DNA of 64,000 nucleotides from Bacillota bacterium (GCA_023399095.1 JAEWQS010000040.1:3225-67224), one strand, 5' to 3'; positions 7,661 through 17,320 are shown, numbered from the stretch's first letter. Numbers and translations are program-made. The notes: generated from the sequence alone by a model not told the origin.

Positions 7661-10120
7661 TTAGATAAACAGATTGGTGTCTGAGCTTTCCGCAGCACTC
7701 AGATACGAGGCCACACCGGCCAGCTCAACGCCGTCAATCAGCTCTTCCTTATGGATGCCCATCACATCCATCGACATCGTACAGGCCACCATTCGCACAC
7801 CGCTCTTTTTCGCCTGAGCGATGAGCTCATCCAGCGTGGCGACGTTCTTTTTCTTCATGATGCCCTTCATCATTTTGGAACCCATGCCCAGCATGTTCAT
7901 TTTGGACAATTTGAGTTTTGTCGTCCCGCGCGGCATCATTGCACCAAACATCTTCTCAATAAACGTCTTTTTCACTTTCACCTTATCACGGCGGCGCAGA
8001 ATATTAAGCCCCCAGAATGTGAAGAACATGGTCACACGGCGGCCCATTGCCGCCGAACCGTTGGCGATGATAAAGCTTGCCAGCGCTTTATCCATGTCCC
8101 CGCTGAAAACCACCATCGATTTATCATTTCCCGTGGCAGACACGCAAGCACCGCCCGTCGCCGCTTCGCCTTCGCAGCCCTTTTTGATCCAGACCGAGAA
8201 ACTGCTATCCAGCTTTTCGCCCTTCATATACGTGTTCTGCGTGCGCCCGCACCAAGAAGATGCATCCGCGAAAAATCCGGGATCGGTCGACGTGATGTTG
8301 ATCACATCGCCGTCTTTGGCATCCAGCATTGCTTCATAAAGCTTGATCACCGGGCCGGGGCATTGCAGCCCGCACGCGTCCACTTTTATGGTGTTTGCCG
8401 AATCAACGGCCGCTTTGGAAACGCTATTATCCGTCTTGACTGGCTTTGGGCCGTCGTTTGCGCTCATCGTATAATCCTTGCTGGCCACGCGGTAGGTCGT
8501 GTATCCGCCGGCCAGATTGCGCACATCCTTGAAACCGTTCTGCATGAGCAACCGGCTTGCAATATAGGCGCGTATACCCACTGCACAGTAAACGATGTAT
8601 GTTTTCTTTTTATCCAGCGTCTGCATCCTTTCCCTGAGGCTGTCCACGGGAATGTTGATGCTGCCGGGAATGTTGCCCATCGAGACTTCGGCTGCGGTGC
8701 GCACATCAAGATAAACCACATCATCAGGCAGCGATTTTAATTCACTGAACGTGATGTTTTTGACGATCCCTGCAAGAATGTTATCCGCAGAGTAGCCTCC
8801 CATATTCACCGGATCTTTTGCGGAGGAATACGGCGGCGCGTAGCACAGTTCAAGCTCTTCCAAGTCATAGACCGTGGCGCCGAAATGCATGGCCGATGCC
8901 ACCACATCGATGCGCTTATCGACGCCCTTATAGCCCACAGCCTGCGCGCCCAGCACGCGGCCTTCCGGCCTTTCGAATATCAGTTTCATGGTCAGCGGCA
9001 TACCGCCCGGATAGTAGCCCGCGTGAGACAGCGGGTGCATCATTGTCACGTTATAATCTTCATTTATCCTTTTGCCTGCGCTGATAAGCTGCTTCTCACT
9101 GAGCCCCGTTGAAGCCACGGTCATGTCGAACACCTTGGCCACCGACGACCCAAGAGTCCCTTTATATTTTCTGCCCATGCCGCAAATGTTGTCCGCAGCC
9201 ATACGCCCCATTTTATTCGCTGGGCCTGCAAGCGGAATCATCGCTTTTTCATGCGTCACATAGTTTTCGACCTCCACCACATCACCCACGGCGTAGATGC
9301 TTTCGTCGGACGTGCGCAAAGACGCATCCACCACGATACCGCCGCGCGCATTGGTTTTTAGCCCGCTTTCCACCGCAAGCGCCGAATTCGGCCGCACGCC
9401 AATTGCGAGTATCACGATATCTGCCGGTATGCTGTGCTTATCCGTCACCACAAGAACGCCGCTGCCGGTTTCCTCAAAGCGCTCCACGCGTTCGCTGAGC
9501 GCAAGGTTCACACCGTTATCCACAAGATGCTTGTGAAGAACCTGCGCCATTTCGTAGTCGATGGGCGGCATCACTTGATCCAGCATTTCGACCAAGGTCA
9601 CCGATAGACCAGCATGCACCAGGTTTTCCGCCATTTCTATGCCGATAAAACCACCGCCCACCACGACGGCGTTTTTGGCATCCTGCTGCTTCATTGTCGA
9701 AATAATCGCGTCCATGTCGGGTATATTCCAAAGCGGCTTGATTCTGTCGCTTTTTATACCCGGCAGGTTGGGCACAACAGGCGTTGAGCCCGGAGAAAGC
9801 ACCAGCACATCATAGCTTTCTGTATATGTGTGGCCTTCGCGCGTCACGGTGACGGTCTTGGCCTGTCTGTCTATGCTTTTCACCTCGCTATTGACCCTCA
9901 CATCGACATTAAAACGCGCATGAAAGGATTCGGGCGTTTGGAGCAGCAGCTTTTCGCGCTGGTCTATCACACCGCCCACATGGTAAGGCAAGCCGCAGTT
10001 CGCAAATGAAATGTACGGCCCTTTTTCAATCATAATGATCTCTGCTGACTCATCAAGACGTCTTAAACGCGCCGCACAGCTTGCGCCTCCGGCCACACCG
10101 CCTACAATTATAACTTTCAT
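7661..10120 (-). CDS. CoA-disulfide reductase / NADH-oxidase-family flavoprotein fused to rhodanese, TusA(SirA)-like and DsrE/DsrF-like domains
   Basis: 819 aa. N-terminus VIIVGGVAGGASCAARLRR...ANCGLPY (FAD motif and redox Cys). Rhodanese CAVGIRA active-site loop. TusA-like CGLQCPGP motif. C-terminal DsrE-like SMVVFSGDMDKA...FFTFWGL. Confidence 0.85.
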   Translation of the reverse strand: MKVIIVGGVAGGASCAARLRRLDESAEIIMIEKGPYISFANCGLPYHVGGVIDQREKLLLQTPESFHARFNVDVRVNSEVKSIDRQAKTVTVTREGHTYTESYDVLVLSPGSTPVVPNLPGIKSDRIKPLWNIPDMDAIISTMKQQDAKNAVVVGGGFIGIEMAENLVHAGLSVTLVEMLDQVMPPIDYEMAQVLHKHLVDNGVNLALSERVERFEETGSGVLVVTDKHSIPADIVILAIGVRPNSALAVESGLKTNARGGIVVDASLRTSDESIYAVGDVVEVENYVTHEKAMIPLAGPANKMGRMAADNICGMGRKYKGTLGSSVAKVFDMTVASTGLSEKQLISAGKRINEDYNVTMMHPLSHAGYYPGGMPLTMKLIFERPEGRVLGAQAVGYKGVDKRIDVVASAMHFGATVYDLEELELCYAPPYSSAKDPVNMGGYSADNILAGIVKNITFSELKSLPDDVVYLDVRTAAEVSMGNIPGSINIPVDSLRERMQTLDKKKTYIVYCAVGIRAYIASRLLMQNGFKDVRNLAGGYTTYRVASKDYTMSANDGPKPVKTDNSVSKAAVDSANTIKVDACGLQCPGPVIKLYEAMLDAKDGDVINITSTDPGFFADASSWCGRTQNTYMKGEKLDSSFSVWIKKGCEGEAATGGACVSATGNDKSMVVFSGDMDKALASFIIANGSAAMGRRVTMFFTFWGLNILRRRDKVKVKKTFIEKMFGAMMPRGTTKLKLSKMNMLGMGSKMMKGIMKKKNVATLDELIAQAKKSGVRMVACTMSMDVMGIHKEELIDGVELAGVASYLSAAESSDTNLFI

Positions 10121-10121
10121 T

Positions 10122-10159
10122 TATATTACCTCTCTTCCTCTATATTACCTCTCTTCCTC
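10122..10159. repeat. Perfect 19-bp tandem duplication across the ferredoxin stop / reductase RBS junction
   Basis: TATATTACCTCTCTTCCTC at 10122-10140 and again at 10141-10159. Confidence 0.95.
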
Positions 10160-10336
10160 TAATGACAACGCGCCCATGGGGCAAAACCGCACACATTTTC
10201 CGCATTCGATGCATTTGCTCTGATCGACTGCCGGTGCTTCGTACAACTGCTGCGAAAGCGCATCCACCGGGCAGACTCTCACGGACGGGCACGGATGGAT
10301 TTGCGGACATCTGCGCTTATTAACCACAAGTTCCAT
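10145..10336 (-). CDS. Small 4Fe-4S ferredoxin-type protein
   Basis: 63 aa with CPxxxPCPxxxxCP and CIECGKCVRFCP cluster motifs. Directly upstream of the reductase fusion. Confidence 0.75.
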   Translation of the reverse strand: MELVVNKRRCPQIHPCPSVRVCPVDALSQQLYEAPAVDQSKCIECGKCVRFCPMGALSLEEER

Positions 10337-10466
10337 CTATATATCACTCCCCCAGAATATTATGAATCGATATTTTTTTCACAATTTCAACTATAAAGAA
10401 ATGATATCCGAATTTCCGTGACTTTATCACGTATAAGAAAAAACATATAAGACCGCATCCGTTACT

Positions 10467-10495
10467 TTTTACTTTTAATCTTAATTAATGTATAA
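10467..10495 (+). promoter_or_regulatory. Sigma-A-type promoter with extended -10
   Basis: TTTACT (10467-10472), 17-bp spacer, then TG-n-TATAAT (10488-10495). Lies about 60 nt upstream of the ATG at 10554. Confidence 0.4.
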
Positions 10496-10553
10496 TTAAT
10501 CAAAAGCTAATAGAAATGCATTTATATCACTCTATACTATTAGGAGAATAAAA

Positions 10554-11018
10554 ATGAACCAAGTCAATATATCTCCACTAATAAAACCCAACAAACTGCC
10601 AAAACAATCTCCTGTTGGACTTGACGGATGGTTTACACTTATCATTATCGGGCTTTTTGGCACCATAATCGTGGATATTATAACGGTTATCACACTGTTG
10701 CCATTAGACCTCTCAACAGTCAATATGTTTTATTTCGCGATTTTTATCATTTGTGTTTTAAACGAAGTCGGGCTTTCTTCCTTCATTTTGTTATTCATAT
10801 TTAAGCGCAATATCGTTTTCAGAATACTATTTCTCATTCAAACCTGCATTTTGGGCACCTGCTTTTTTCTTATGCCGAGCGGATCCTCATTCATACCAAT
10901 ATTGGCGCGCATACTTTGGACCGTTTATCTTTACCGTTCGGAACGCGTTAAAAACACATTCATCGGCATTAAATCCATCAATCAGGTTCTGACCGAAACA
11001 GAAACGCCAGTTTTATAA
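10554..11018 (+). CDS. Small polytopic membrane protein (DUF2569-like)
   Basis: 154 aa with 4 hydrophobic segments, preceded by the AGGAG RBS. AT-rich gene. The family assignment is from memory only. Confidence 0.45.
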   Translation: MNQVNISPLIKPNKLPKQSPVGLDGWFTLIIIGLFGTIIVDIITVITLLPLDLSTVNMFYFAIFIICVLNEVGLSSFILLFIFKRNIVFRILFLIQTCILGTCFFLMPSGSSFIPILARILWTVYLYRSERVKNTFIGIKSINQVLTETETPVL

Positions 11019-11234
11019 CTGCTGCATTTTTAAAATGGCTGATTTTTGCTCGCTTTTTTAATTTTTTGCTCAGCATCTTATTAATTTCCATTCTTTTTTG
11101 CGTTTAATAAATTCCTTTATTTAGCCTAATTATATGCATGCACAAAAATTAACAGGTTTTTTTGGCCTTATTGTGCAAATACTAAATCTGAAAAAAGATG
11201 TGTTTATTCACAGATACACAGAAAGGAGAAAAGA

Positions 11235-11456
11235 ATGGCATCAGGCAAACGCAAATACGGCCCGGACCATCCGTGGACAAAATTCAAAATCGAATGCGCA
11301 TCGGAAATTGGCATGGTTCAATACTGTAAAGAAAATAATGATCATTACAAGGGAGACCTGCCTGCAAAAGTCAACGGCGCGCAGGGAGGCCCCATCGGCG
11401 GCGAAATGGTGAAGCGAATGATCCAAATGGCCGAGCAGCAAAAAGGAATCACCTAA
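11235..11456 (+). CDS. Small acid-soluble spore protein, alpha/beta type
   Basis: 73 aa: KFKIECASEIG...GDLPAKVNGAQGGPIGGEMVKRMIQMAEQQ, the SASP signature. RBS is AAAGGAG. Confidence 0.85.
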   Translation: MASGKRKYGPDHPWTKFKIECASEIGMVQYCKENNDHYKGDLPAKVNGAQGGPIGGEMVKRMIQMAEQQKGIT

Positions 11457-11488
11457 AACTATCACCCCTTAAAATGGGGTGATAGTTT
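11456..11488. terminator. Bidirectional terminator between the SASP gene and fliY
   Basis: AAACTATCACCCC-ttaaaat-GGGGTGATAGTTT. The A/T runs on both sides let it serve both converging genes. Confidence 0.7.
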
Positions 11489-12554
11489 AGTTGTCCTTAA
11501 TCTGCTCTGAGGTGATCTCGGTAATACGCACACCGTAATTATCGTCGATGACAACAACCTCACCTTTGGCAAAAAGCTTGCCATTAACAAGGACGTCAAC
11601 CATTTCACCCGCCAGCCTGTCAAGCACGATGATTGAGCCGCGGTTTATGTCAAGAATCTCTTTAATGCTTTTTCGGGTTTTACCCAGAACCACAGTCACA
11701 TGAAGCGGCACATCGATAATCAAATCGATGTTCTTGCTCATTTCCGGATGGTTCATAAAATAGTTGCTGCCCTGGGAGTCGAACGATTCGAATTTTACTG
11801 CCTTTAACTCTACCTTCTCTTCGTTTTGCATCCTTTTAACATCCTTTTCGTTAGCTTGCATTCGGGGAGCAGGCGCTGGCTGTTGCTGCGCCTTGGGCGG
11901 CTGCGGCACTTGTGCCGTCGGTTCCTCTGGGTTGGGCTCTTCGCCGATCAGCGAACGCACTAACTTTTTACCAAATTCAAAAGGCATAATCTGCACAAGG
12001 TTGCTTTCCAACAAGCCTTCAATCTCCAAGCGAAAGCTTGTCTTAATAAGCAGCTCTCCCTCTGAATTTGTGATGTTGTCCCGTGTAATTTCCTTCACCA
12101 CCGGCGGTGAAATATTCACGCTCACATGAAGCAGATCGGCAAGTGCCGTTGATGACGAACCCACCATTTGATTCATGACTTCACTGATTGCGCTTAAAAA
12201 GAGTTCGTCGAGATCTGCGTCTGTGCCGACCAGCACTTCCGTGATCGCGAGAGCATCCTCTTTTTTGATAAGAAAAACGTTGGTGCCATCCACACCCTGA
12301 GTATAGGATACTTCAGTGGCCACTATGGGCTTTTCATAATCATCGAGATATTCATTACCTCTGCAGGTGCTGACCCTTGGCGTCGTTATGTTCACGCGTT
12401 TGCCAAGCAGCGTCGACAATGTTGTCGCCGACGTACCCATGCATATATTCCCGATTTCTCCCAGTGTATCCTTTTCGAGGTCGGTAAGAGTTTCGTTAAT
12501 ATAGTTGTTGCTGTTTGGATAGAATACGTTATTGTTCGTTGATGTCTCGCTCAT
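11487..12554 (-). CDS. fliY: Flagellar motor switch phosphatase FliY (CheC-like domain plus FliN C-terminal domain)
   Basis: 355 aa. CheC motif DTLGEIGNICMGTSATTLS; FliN-type C-terminus DVPLHVTVVLGKTRKSIKEILDINRGSIIVLD. Confidence 0.9.
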   Translation of the reverse strand: MSETSTNNNVFYPNSNNYINETLTDLEKDTLGEIGNICMGTSATTLSTLLGKRVNITTPRVSTCRGNEYLDDYEKPIVATEVSYTQGVDGTNVFLIKKEDALAITEVLVGTDADLDELFLSAISEVMNQMVGSSSTALADLLHVSVNISPPVVKEITRDNITNSEGELLIKTSFRLEIEGLLESNLVQIMPFEFGKKLVRSLIGEEPNPEEPTAQVPQPPKAQQQPAPAPRMQANEKDVKRMQNEEKVELKAVKFESFDSQGSNYFMNHPEMSKNIDLIIDVPLHVTVVLGKTRKSIKEILDINRGSIIVLDRLAGEMVDVLVNGKLFAKGEVVVIDDNYGVRITEITSEQIKDN

Positions 12555-13539
12555 TTACCGTTTCCTCCTCTATAATATCGGCAATCTTAACCGCATAATT
12601 CGAGCCCTTCATGCCGATAAAACCTTTAAATTTTGGAATATGCTCAACCTTAACGGTGATAGGTGCACTGATATGATGATTGACATTTATAACATCACCA
12701 ACCTGTGTATTGAGTATATCCCGCACAGTTGCGTTAATCTCGTTAAAAACCACATTCAGCGACAGCGCTACCCCGGCAAGCCCTTGCTTAAGATCATCCA
12801 CATTCACGTTTCTGCTGCGGAAATCCTGCTCAGAATACCATGTTTTCATGACCAGCTTTTTGGCGATGGGCTGCACGGCCACGTTCGGTATACATATGTT
12901 GATGATGTCCGATACGTTGCCAATCTTCACATTCATTGTGATAATCGCGATCGGCTCATTGGCGCTCACGATCTGAACATACTGCGAACTCGTCTCAACC
13001 CTATCCAGCCGCGCTTCCACCCTGTTGATCTTCTCCCAAGATTCGTTCATGAGCCCCAGCATCTTTTTTATGATGCGTTCCATGATAGAAAGCTCAATCT
13101 CAGTGAACGGCTTATCGAGAGCCTGTATCTCTCCCGAGCCGCCGAGCAGACGGCTGACGATCTCATAAGAAATGGCAGATGATATCACAAAAAGCGAATT
13201 GCCCTGCAGCGGCGGCATACCGATAATAGAAACCACCACAGGAGACGGCATCGAATTGCTAAGCTCGGAAAACGACTGCTCTTCAATGGAGATGACCTCC
13301 GCCTCGCAGATGGCTCGCAAGGTTCCGGAAAGATATGTTGACAGACGGCTGGCAAAATTATCGTGTATGAAATGCAGCGTCCTCATCTGTTCCTTGGAGA
13401 ACTTGTTTGCCGTCCTGAAATCGTACTTTTTTATCGCTTGTGCATCTTCGGTTGGGGTATCCTCAATAGCGGCATCCTTACCCGACGATAATGCGCTTAG
13501 CAGCTCATCTATTTCATTTTGCGATAAGATATTCGCCAA
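12529..13539 (-). CDS. fliM: Flagellar motor switch protein FliM
   Basis: 336 aa: LSQNEIDELLSAL at the N-terminus, then KYDFRTANKFSKEQMRTL. Confidence 0.9.
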   Translation of the reverse strand: MANILSQNEIDELLSALSSGKDAAIEDTPTEDAQAIKKYDFRTANKFSKEQMRTLHFIHDNFASRLSTYLSGTLRAICEAEVISIEEQSFSELSNSMPSPVVVSIIGMPPLQGNSLFVISSAISYEIVSRLLGGSGEIQALDKPFTEIELSIMERIIKKMLGLMNESWEKINRVEARLDRVETSSQYVQIVSANEPIAIITMNVKIGNVSDIINICIPNVAVQPIAKKLVMKTWYSEQDFRSRNVNVDDLKQGLAGVALSLNVVFNEINATVRDILNTQVGDVINVNHHISAPITVKVEHIPKFKGFIGMKGSNYAVKIADIIEEETVNERDINEQ

Positions 13540-13567
13540 AATTTTTCTCCTCTATCGCACTTCAAAT

Positions 13568-13966
13568 TTACTGTATGACATAATCATTAAAATAGATCGT
13601 CTCGATATAGTCAAGCCCCATCTTGCTTTCCAAACTATTCACTAACTCATCGCGAAGCGTTTTCTCGATTTCATTGCTTCTGAGTTCATCCTCGGTCTTG
13701 CTTCTCAAAGCAAAGACGATAATATCTCTTATAATGTGATTGTTTTCTGTTAAATACTCCTTCACTTTATCGGCTTCCGCGGTTTTAAGCTCAAGAACAA
13801 TGGTGGTTTTAAGCAGCCGCGTGCTGTCCGCAATGTTCGTCACAAAATAATCTCCCGGCACGTAATAAACCGTCTCCGCGGCCGGCGGCGGCATTAAAAA
13901 CAACAGATAGACGGCAGCTCCCGCCAAGATCACAGCCACTATAACTATTATCAGAATTTTTTTCAT
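13568..13966 (-). CDS. fliL: Flagellar basal-body-associated protein FliL
   Basis: 132 aa with a single TM helix. Typical FliL position between motB and fliM. Confidence 0.75.
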   Translation of the reverse strand: MKKILIIVIVAVILAGAAVYLLFLMPPPAAETVYYVPGDYFVTNIADSTRLLKTTIVLELKTAEADKVKEYLTENNHIIRDIIVFALRSKTEDELRSNEIEKTLRDELVNSLESKMGLDYIETIYFNDYVIQ

Positions 13967-13978
13967 TGTTTAATCCCT

Positions 13979-14752
13979 CTAATCTTTAAGAATGCTTTCA
14001 ATTACGAAATCAACACGTCTGTTCCGGGCCTTCCCGGCTTCTGTGGTGTTATCATCAACAGGATGGTATTCTCCTAACCCAACAGGCCACATTTTCACAG
14101 GATCCATATTCATGGTCAGTAAGTATTGCAAGACACTATATGCTCTTGCCTGCGATAGCTCCCAGTTATCCTTAAATTTGCTGTTTTGAATCGGAACAGT
14201 ATCCGTATGGCCTTCAATACGTATCTTCCTAATCAGTTTATCGTATTGCAAAATAATTTCACAGATAGAAGGTAAAATCTCTTTAGCAATTGGCCTGATC
14301 TCGTCTCTGCCCGAATCGAAAAGCGCCGATTCGTTCATTCGCATTACAATGACATCGTCTTCCATCGTCACATTAAGGTCTTCTTGCAAGCCATTCTGTG
14401 CGATATGTTCCTTTATTTTTTCATATAGCTCGTCAAAGCGCTCCTTGATTTCCTCCACGTTCATACCATTCACCGTAGACGGCTGGGGCGTGGGCTCAGG
14501 AATATCCCAAGATGTCTCATCTATCGGTTGTTCATCCGCCATCACATCGCCCGGATCAAGCGCCTGAATTGCCACAAACGGCGTACCCGAAAGCGAGCTC
14601 ACAATCTCTTCCCATTTTTGCGCGTCGATAGTGGAAAAGGCAAAAAGCAAGACGAAGAAAGTAAGCAGCAAGGTAACCATATCGCCGTATGTATTCATCC
14701 ACGCCGGCGAACCTTCTTCTTCAGGCGGCTCCGATTTTTTGCGATTCCTCAT
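13979..14752 (-). CDS. motB: Flagellar stator protein MotB (OmpA-like C-terminus)
   Basis: 257 aa: WMNTYGDMVTLLLTFFVLLFA plug/TM segment. OmpA-like GHTD...N..LS..RA......L and NRRV. Confidence 0.85.
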   Translation of the reverse strand: MRNRKKSEPPEEEGSPAWMNTYGDMVTLLLTFFVLLFAFSTIDAQKWEEIVSSLSGTPFVAIQALDPGDVMADEQPIDETSWDIPEPTPQPSTVNGMNVEEIKERFDELYEKIKEHIAQNGLQEDLNVTMEDDVIVMRMNESALFDSGRDEIRPIAKEILPSICEIILQYDKLIRKIRIEGHTDTVPIQNSKFKDNWELSQARAYSVLQYLLTMNMDPVKMWPVGLGEYHPVDDNTTEAGKARNRRVDFVIESILKD

Positions 14753-14764
14753 CCTCTTCTCCTT

Positions 14765-15562
14765 CTAAACCTCTTTCACCTCAGGATTTGGTTGATTCTC
14801 CTCGGCCTTTTTCAAGTCATGACGTGAAATAAACGCCGTCAGCTTGTCCTTTATGATACGCGGGTTCTCTCCATCCTGAATAGAGAGCAGCCCTTCCATA
14901 TACAGCTCTTTTTGCAGGCTCTCGCCCTCACTTTGCGCCCTTAACTTTTTGGCAATCGGCGTGAACACAAGGTTTGCCAGCAGCACACCGTAAAACGTTG
15001 TGATAAGCGCGGTAGACATGCCGGGCCCGATCGCACTCATATCGCTGCCTAAATTCTTCAGCATATTAATTAGACCGATCAGCGTACCAATCATACCGAA
15101 AGCGGGGGCATAGCCCGCCATGCTGAGTATGATCGCTTGTCCCTGCCCGTGCCGCTCCTGTATAAACGTGATTTCCGTTTCCAGTATGTTCTTAACCAGT
15201 TCGGTATCCGCGCCGTCCACGATGAGCATAATACCCTTTTTGAGAAACGGATTATCGATCTCTGCCATCGCATCCTCAAGCGCCAGCAAGCCTTCGCGAC
15301 GGGCGATGTTTGCAATTCGGATGATAAGCTCGATATCCTCATTCAAATCAACCTTTTTGGTTTTAAACGCGTTAGAATAAATGGTTTTCAGCGATTTTAA
15401 CGCCTTGCCCGAATAGGACACCACCGTTGCTGCTATGGTACCGCCGATCACTATAAAAATAGAGGGCAGATGTATAAAAGAATCAATTTTTCCATCCATC
15501 ATGATGGAAATAACGATACAACCAAAGCCGGCAATGATACCGATTAATGTTGTCTTCTCCAC
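14765..15562 (-). CDS. motA: Flagellar stator protein MotA
   Basis: 265 aa; MotA/TolQ/ExbB-type channel (GAPAFGMIGTLIGLI, ALITTFYG). Confidence 0.9.
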   Translation of the reverse strand: MEKTTLIGIIAGFGCIVISIMMDGKIDSFIHLPSIFIVIGGTIAATVVSYSGKALKSLKTIYSNAFKTKKVDLNEDIELIIRIANIARREGLLALEDAMAEIDNPFLKKGIMLIVDGADTELVKNILETEITFIQERHGQGQAIILSMAGYAPAFGMIGTLIGLINMLKNLGSDMSAIGPGMSTALITTFYGVLLANLVFTPIAKKLRAQSEGESLQKELYMEGLLSIQDGENPRIIKDKLTAFISRHDLKKAEENQPNPEVKEV

Positions 15563-15574
15563 AAATAATTACCT

Positions 15575-15829
15575 CTACTTTTCCCCTTTGCTTAAGCCGT
15601 TAGAGCAAAAAATCTTTCTTTTATACTCTAAAATGAGATTCTGTATCTCATTGCTTGACTCTGAAACCACAAGCTTTCTTCCCGAAACCATGGATATCAC
15701 TGTGTTGGGCGTCTCCTCCACAAATTCAATGAGCTCGCAGTTAACCAAGAACTCCTGATCGTTTAAGCGATGAACACGAACCAAACGGATCACCCCCCTG
15801 ACATTATTTTTTATGAGACGGGAGATCAA
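15575..15829 (-). CDS. flbD: Flagellar protein FlbD
   Basis: VRVHRLNDQEFLVNCELIEFVEETPNTVISMVSGRKLVVSES. The true start is probably the TTG at 15784, 7 nt after AGGGGGG. Confidence 0.8.
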   Translation of the reverse strand: MISRLIKNNVRGVIRLVRVHRLNDQEFLVNCELIEFVEETPNTVISMVSGRKLVVSESSNEIQNLILEYKRKIFCSNGLSKGEK

Positions 15830-15853
15830 GCCCTCGCCTCATCTGCGCGTCAA

Positions 15854-16690
15854 TTATCTGACCATGTTCACGATCTCTTCGAGCATTTCATCCGTCGTGG
15901 TTATGATTCTTGAGTTGGCCTGGAAGCCTCTCTGCGTGACGATCATGTCCGCAAATTCAGCTGTCAAATCCACGTTAGACATTTCCAGCGTGCCCGGGTT
16001 TAATTTGCCGGCGCCGTTAGTGAACGGCTTGTTTAAAACCGGATCACCGGAGTTTACCGTTGGTCTGTATGAATTCGAACCACTTTTTTCAAGGCCGTTT
16101 GGGTTGGAGAACGTTGAAATTGCAAGCATACCAATATTTTCAGTATCACTGCCATCCAAGGCTGTAATTTGACCTTTGCTGTCAATAGACAAGTTTGTGA
16201 ATGAGGGATCAATCAAAATACGCTCTGTTATTGCGTTACCGTCAACGTCCAATTGTATAGAACCGTCTGCCGCCAGATCAAGCCCCAATACATAATTTCC
16301 GTTTGCATCAACAAGATAGTTTTCGGTATCCACATAGAAGTTTCCTGCTCTCGTATACGTCCTCTCTGCTCCGTTCTCAATCACGAAATAGCCGTCACCA
16401 TCGATTGAAAGATCCAGCGCGTAGCCCGTATACTGCGGCGTGCCCTTTGTATGCATCACGTCGATTGTGGCCACCTGCATGCCAAGGCCAATCTGCTGCG
16501 GGTTCGTACCGCCCGAGGTGGCGCTGGCTGCTGTAGCGGGCTTAACCGTCTGGCTGTATATATCCTGGAATATCACGCGGCTGGACTTGTAGCCGAGTGT
16601 GTTCACATTGGCAATGTTGTTGCCGATCACATCCATCTTTGTCTGGTGGTTTCTGAGTCCGGTCACGCCGGAGTACAATGAACGCATCAT
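15854..16690 (-). CDS. flgE: Flagellar hook protein FlgE (short Firmicute type)
   Basis: 278 aa: MRSLYSGVTGLRNHQTKMDVIGNNIANVNTLGYK N-terminus; C-terminus LEMSNVDLTAEFADMIVTQRGFQANSRIITT. Confidence 0.85.
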   Translation of the reverse strand: MMRSLYSGVTGLRNHQTKMDVIGNNIANVNTLGYKSSRVIFQDIYSQTVKPATAASATSGGTNPQQIGLGMQVATIDVMHTKGTPQYTGYALDLSIDGDGYFVIENGAERTYTRAGNFYVDTENYLVDANGNYVLGLDLAADGSIQLDVDGNAITERILIDPSFTNLSIDSKGQITALDGSDTENIGMLAISTFSNPNGLEKSGSNSYRPTVNSGDPVLNKPFTNGAGKLNPGTLEMSNVDLTAEFADMIVTQRGFQANSRIITTTDEMLEEIVNMVR

Positions 16691-16692
16691 AA

Positions 16693-17307
16693 TTAATTTT
16701 CCTCCTGATTAGAAATTTCCGTAATACTTGATATTGGAACGTCCGTTCCGTCCACAACGGCATAAACAGCGCCGTCCTTAATCGTCAGTTTTTCCACCAC
16801 ACCGGTTATCGGTGTTGTGGTTTTCCCATCCTCACTCGGTATCTGTGCCGTTATCGTTTTGCCTATGAGATTCGCGCTCTGCAGTATCTGATCATCCAGA
16901 TCACCTTCCACTGCCGACGGATCCATGACGCCTACGACATTTTTAGCATCAACATACTTGTCGCCGATCATCAGGTAATTGACCCCATCCTCGCTGGCCA
17001 CGCCGATCACCTTGCCGCTCGTGCCGTCCTGCAAAGCCACATACTTGCCGATCATGCTGTACGCCTGACTCGCCATAAAGCCGGCGCTCATTTCCGACAT
17101 CGCCTCCAGCGCGGAAAACTGCGCCATTTGGGCAATAAACTCACCGTTGCTGGATGGTTCAAGCGGATCCTGATTAGCAAGCTGTGCCGTGAGTATCTTT
17201 AAAAATTCATCCTGTCCGAGTTTGCTTTTTGCTTTTCTTTGACTTTCCTGGTAGTCTTCCAGTGTCCTTATATTCGATGAGGATGCTGCTGCATCTACTT
17301 CTGGCAT
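16693..17307 (-). CDS. flgD: Flagellar hook assembly (capping) protein FlgD
   Basis: LGQDEFLKILTAQLANQDPLEPSSNGEFIAQMAQFSALE. Start moved to the ATG at 17307, which follows GGAG by 7 nt; the track start at 17352 would overlap fliK. Confidence 0.85.
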   Translation of the reverse strand: MPEVDAAASSSNIRTLEDYQESQRKAKSKLGQDEFLKILTAQLANQDPLEPSSNGEFIAQMAQFSALEAMSEMSAGFMASQAYSMIGKYVALQDGTSGKVIGVASEDGVNYLMIGDKYVDAKNVVGVMDPSAVEGDLDDQILQSANLIGKTITAQIPSEDGKTTTPITGVVEKLTIKDGAVYAVVDGTDVPISSITEISNQEEN

Positions 17308-17320
17308 AATATCACTCCTT

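Noticed and set aside
10360-10384. Possible Rex operator upstream of the ferredoxin/reductase operon (TTATGAA...TTCACAA)
   Set aside because: The two half-sites are separated by 11 nt rather than the 4-6 nt of known Rex boxes (TTGTGAA-N-TTCACAA). No better match was found near rex itself (6158-6260).
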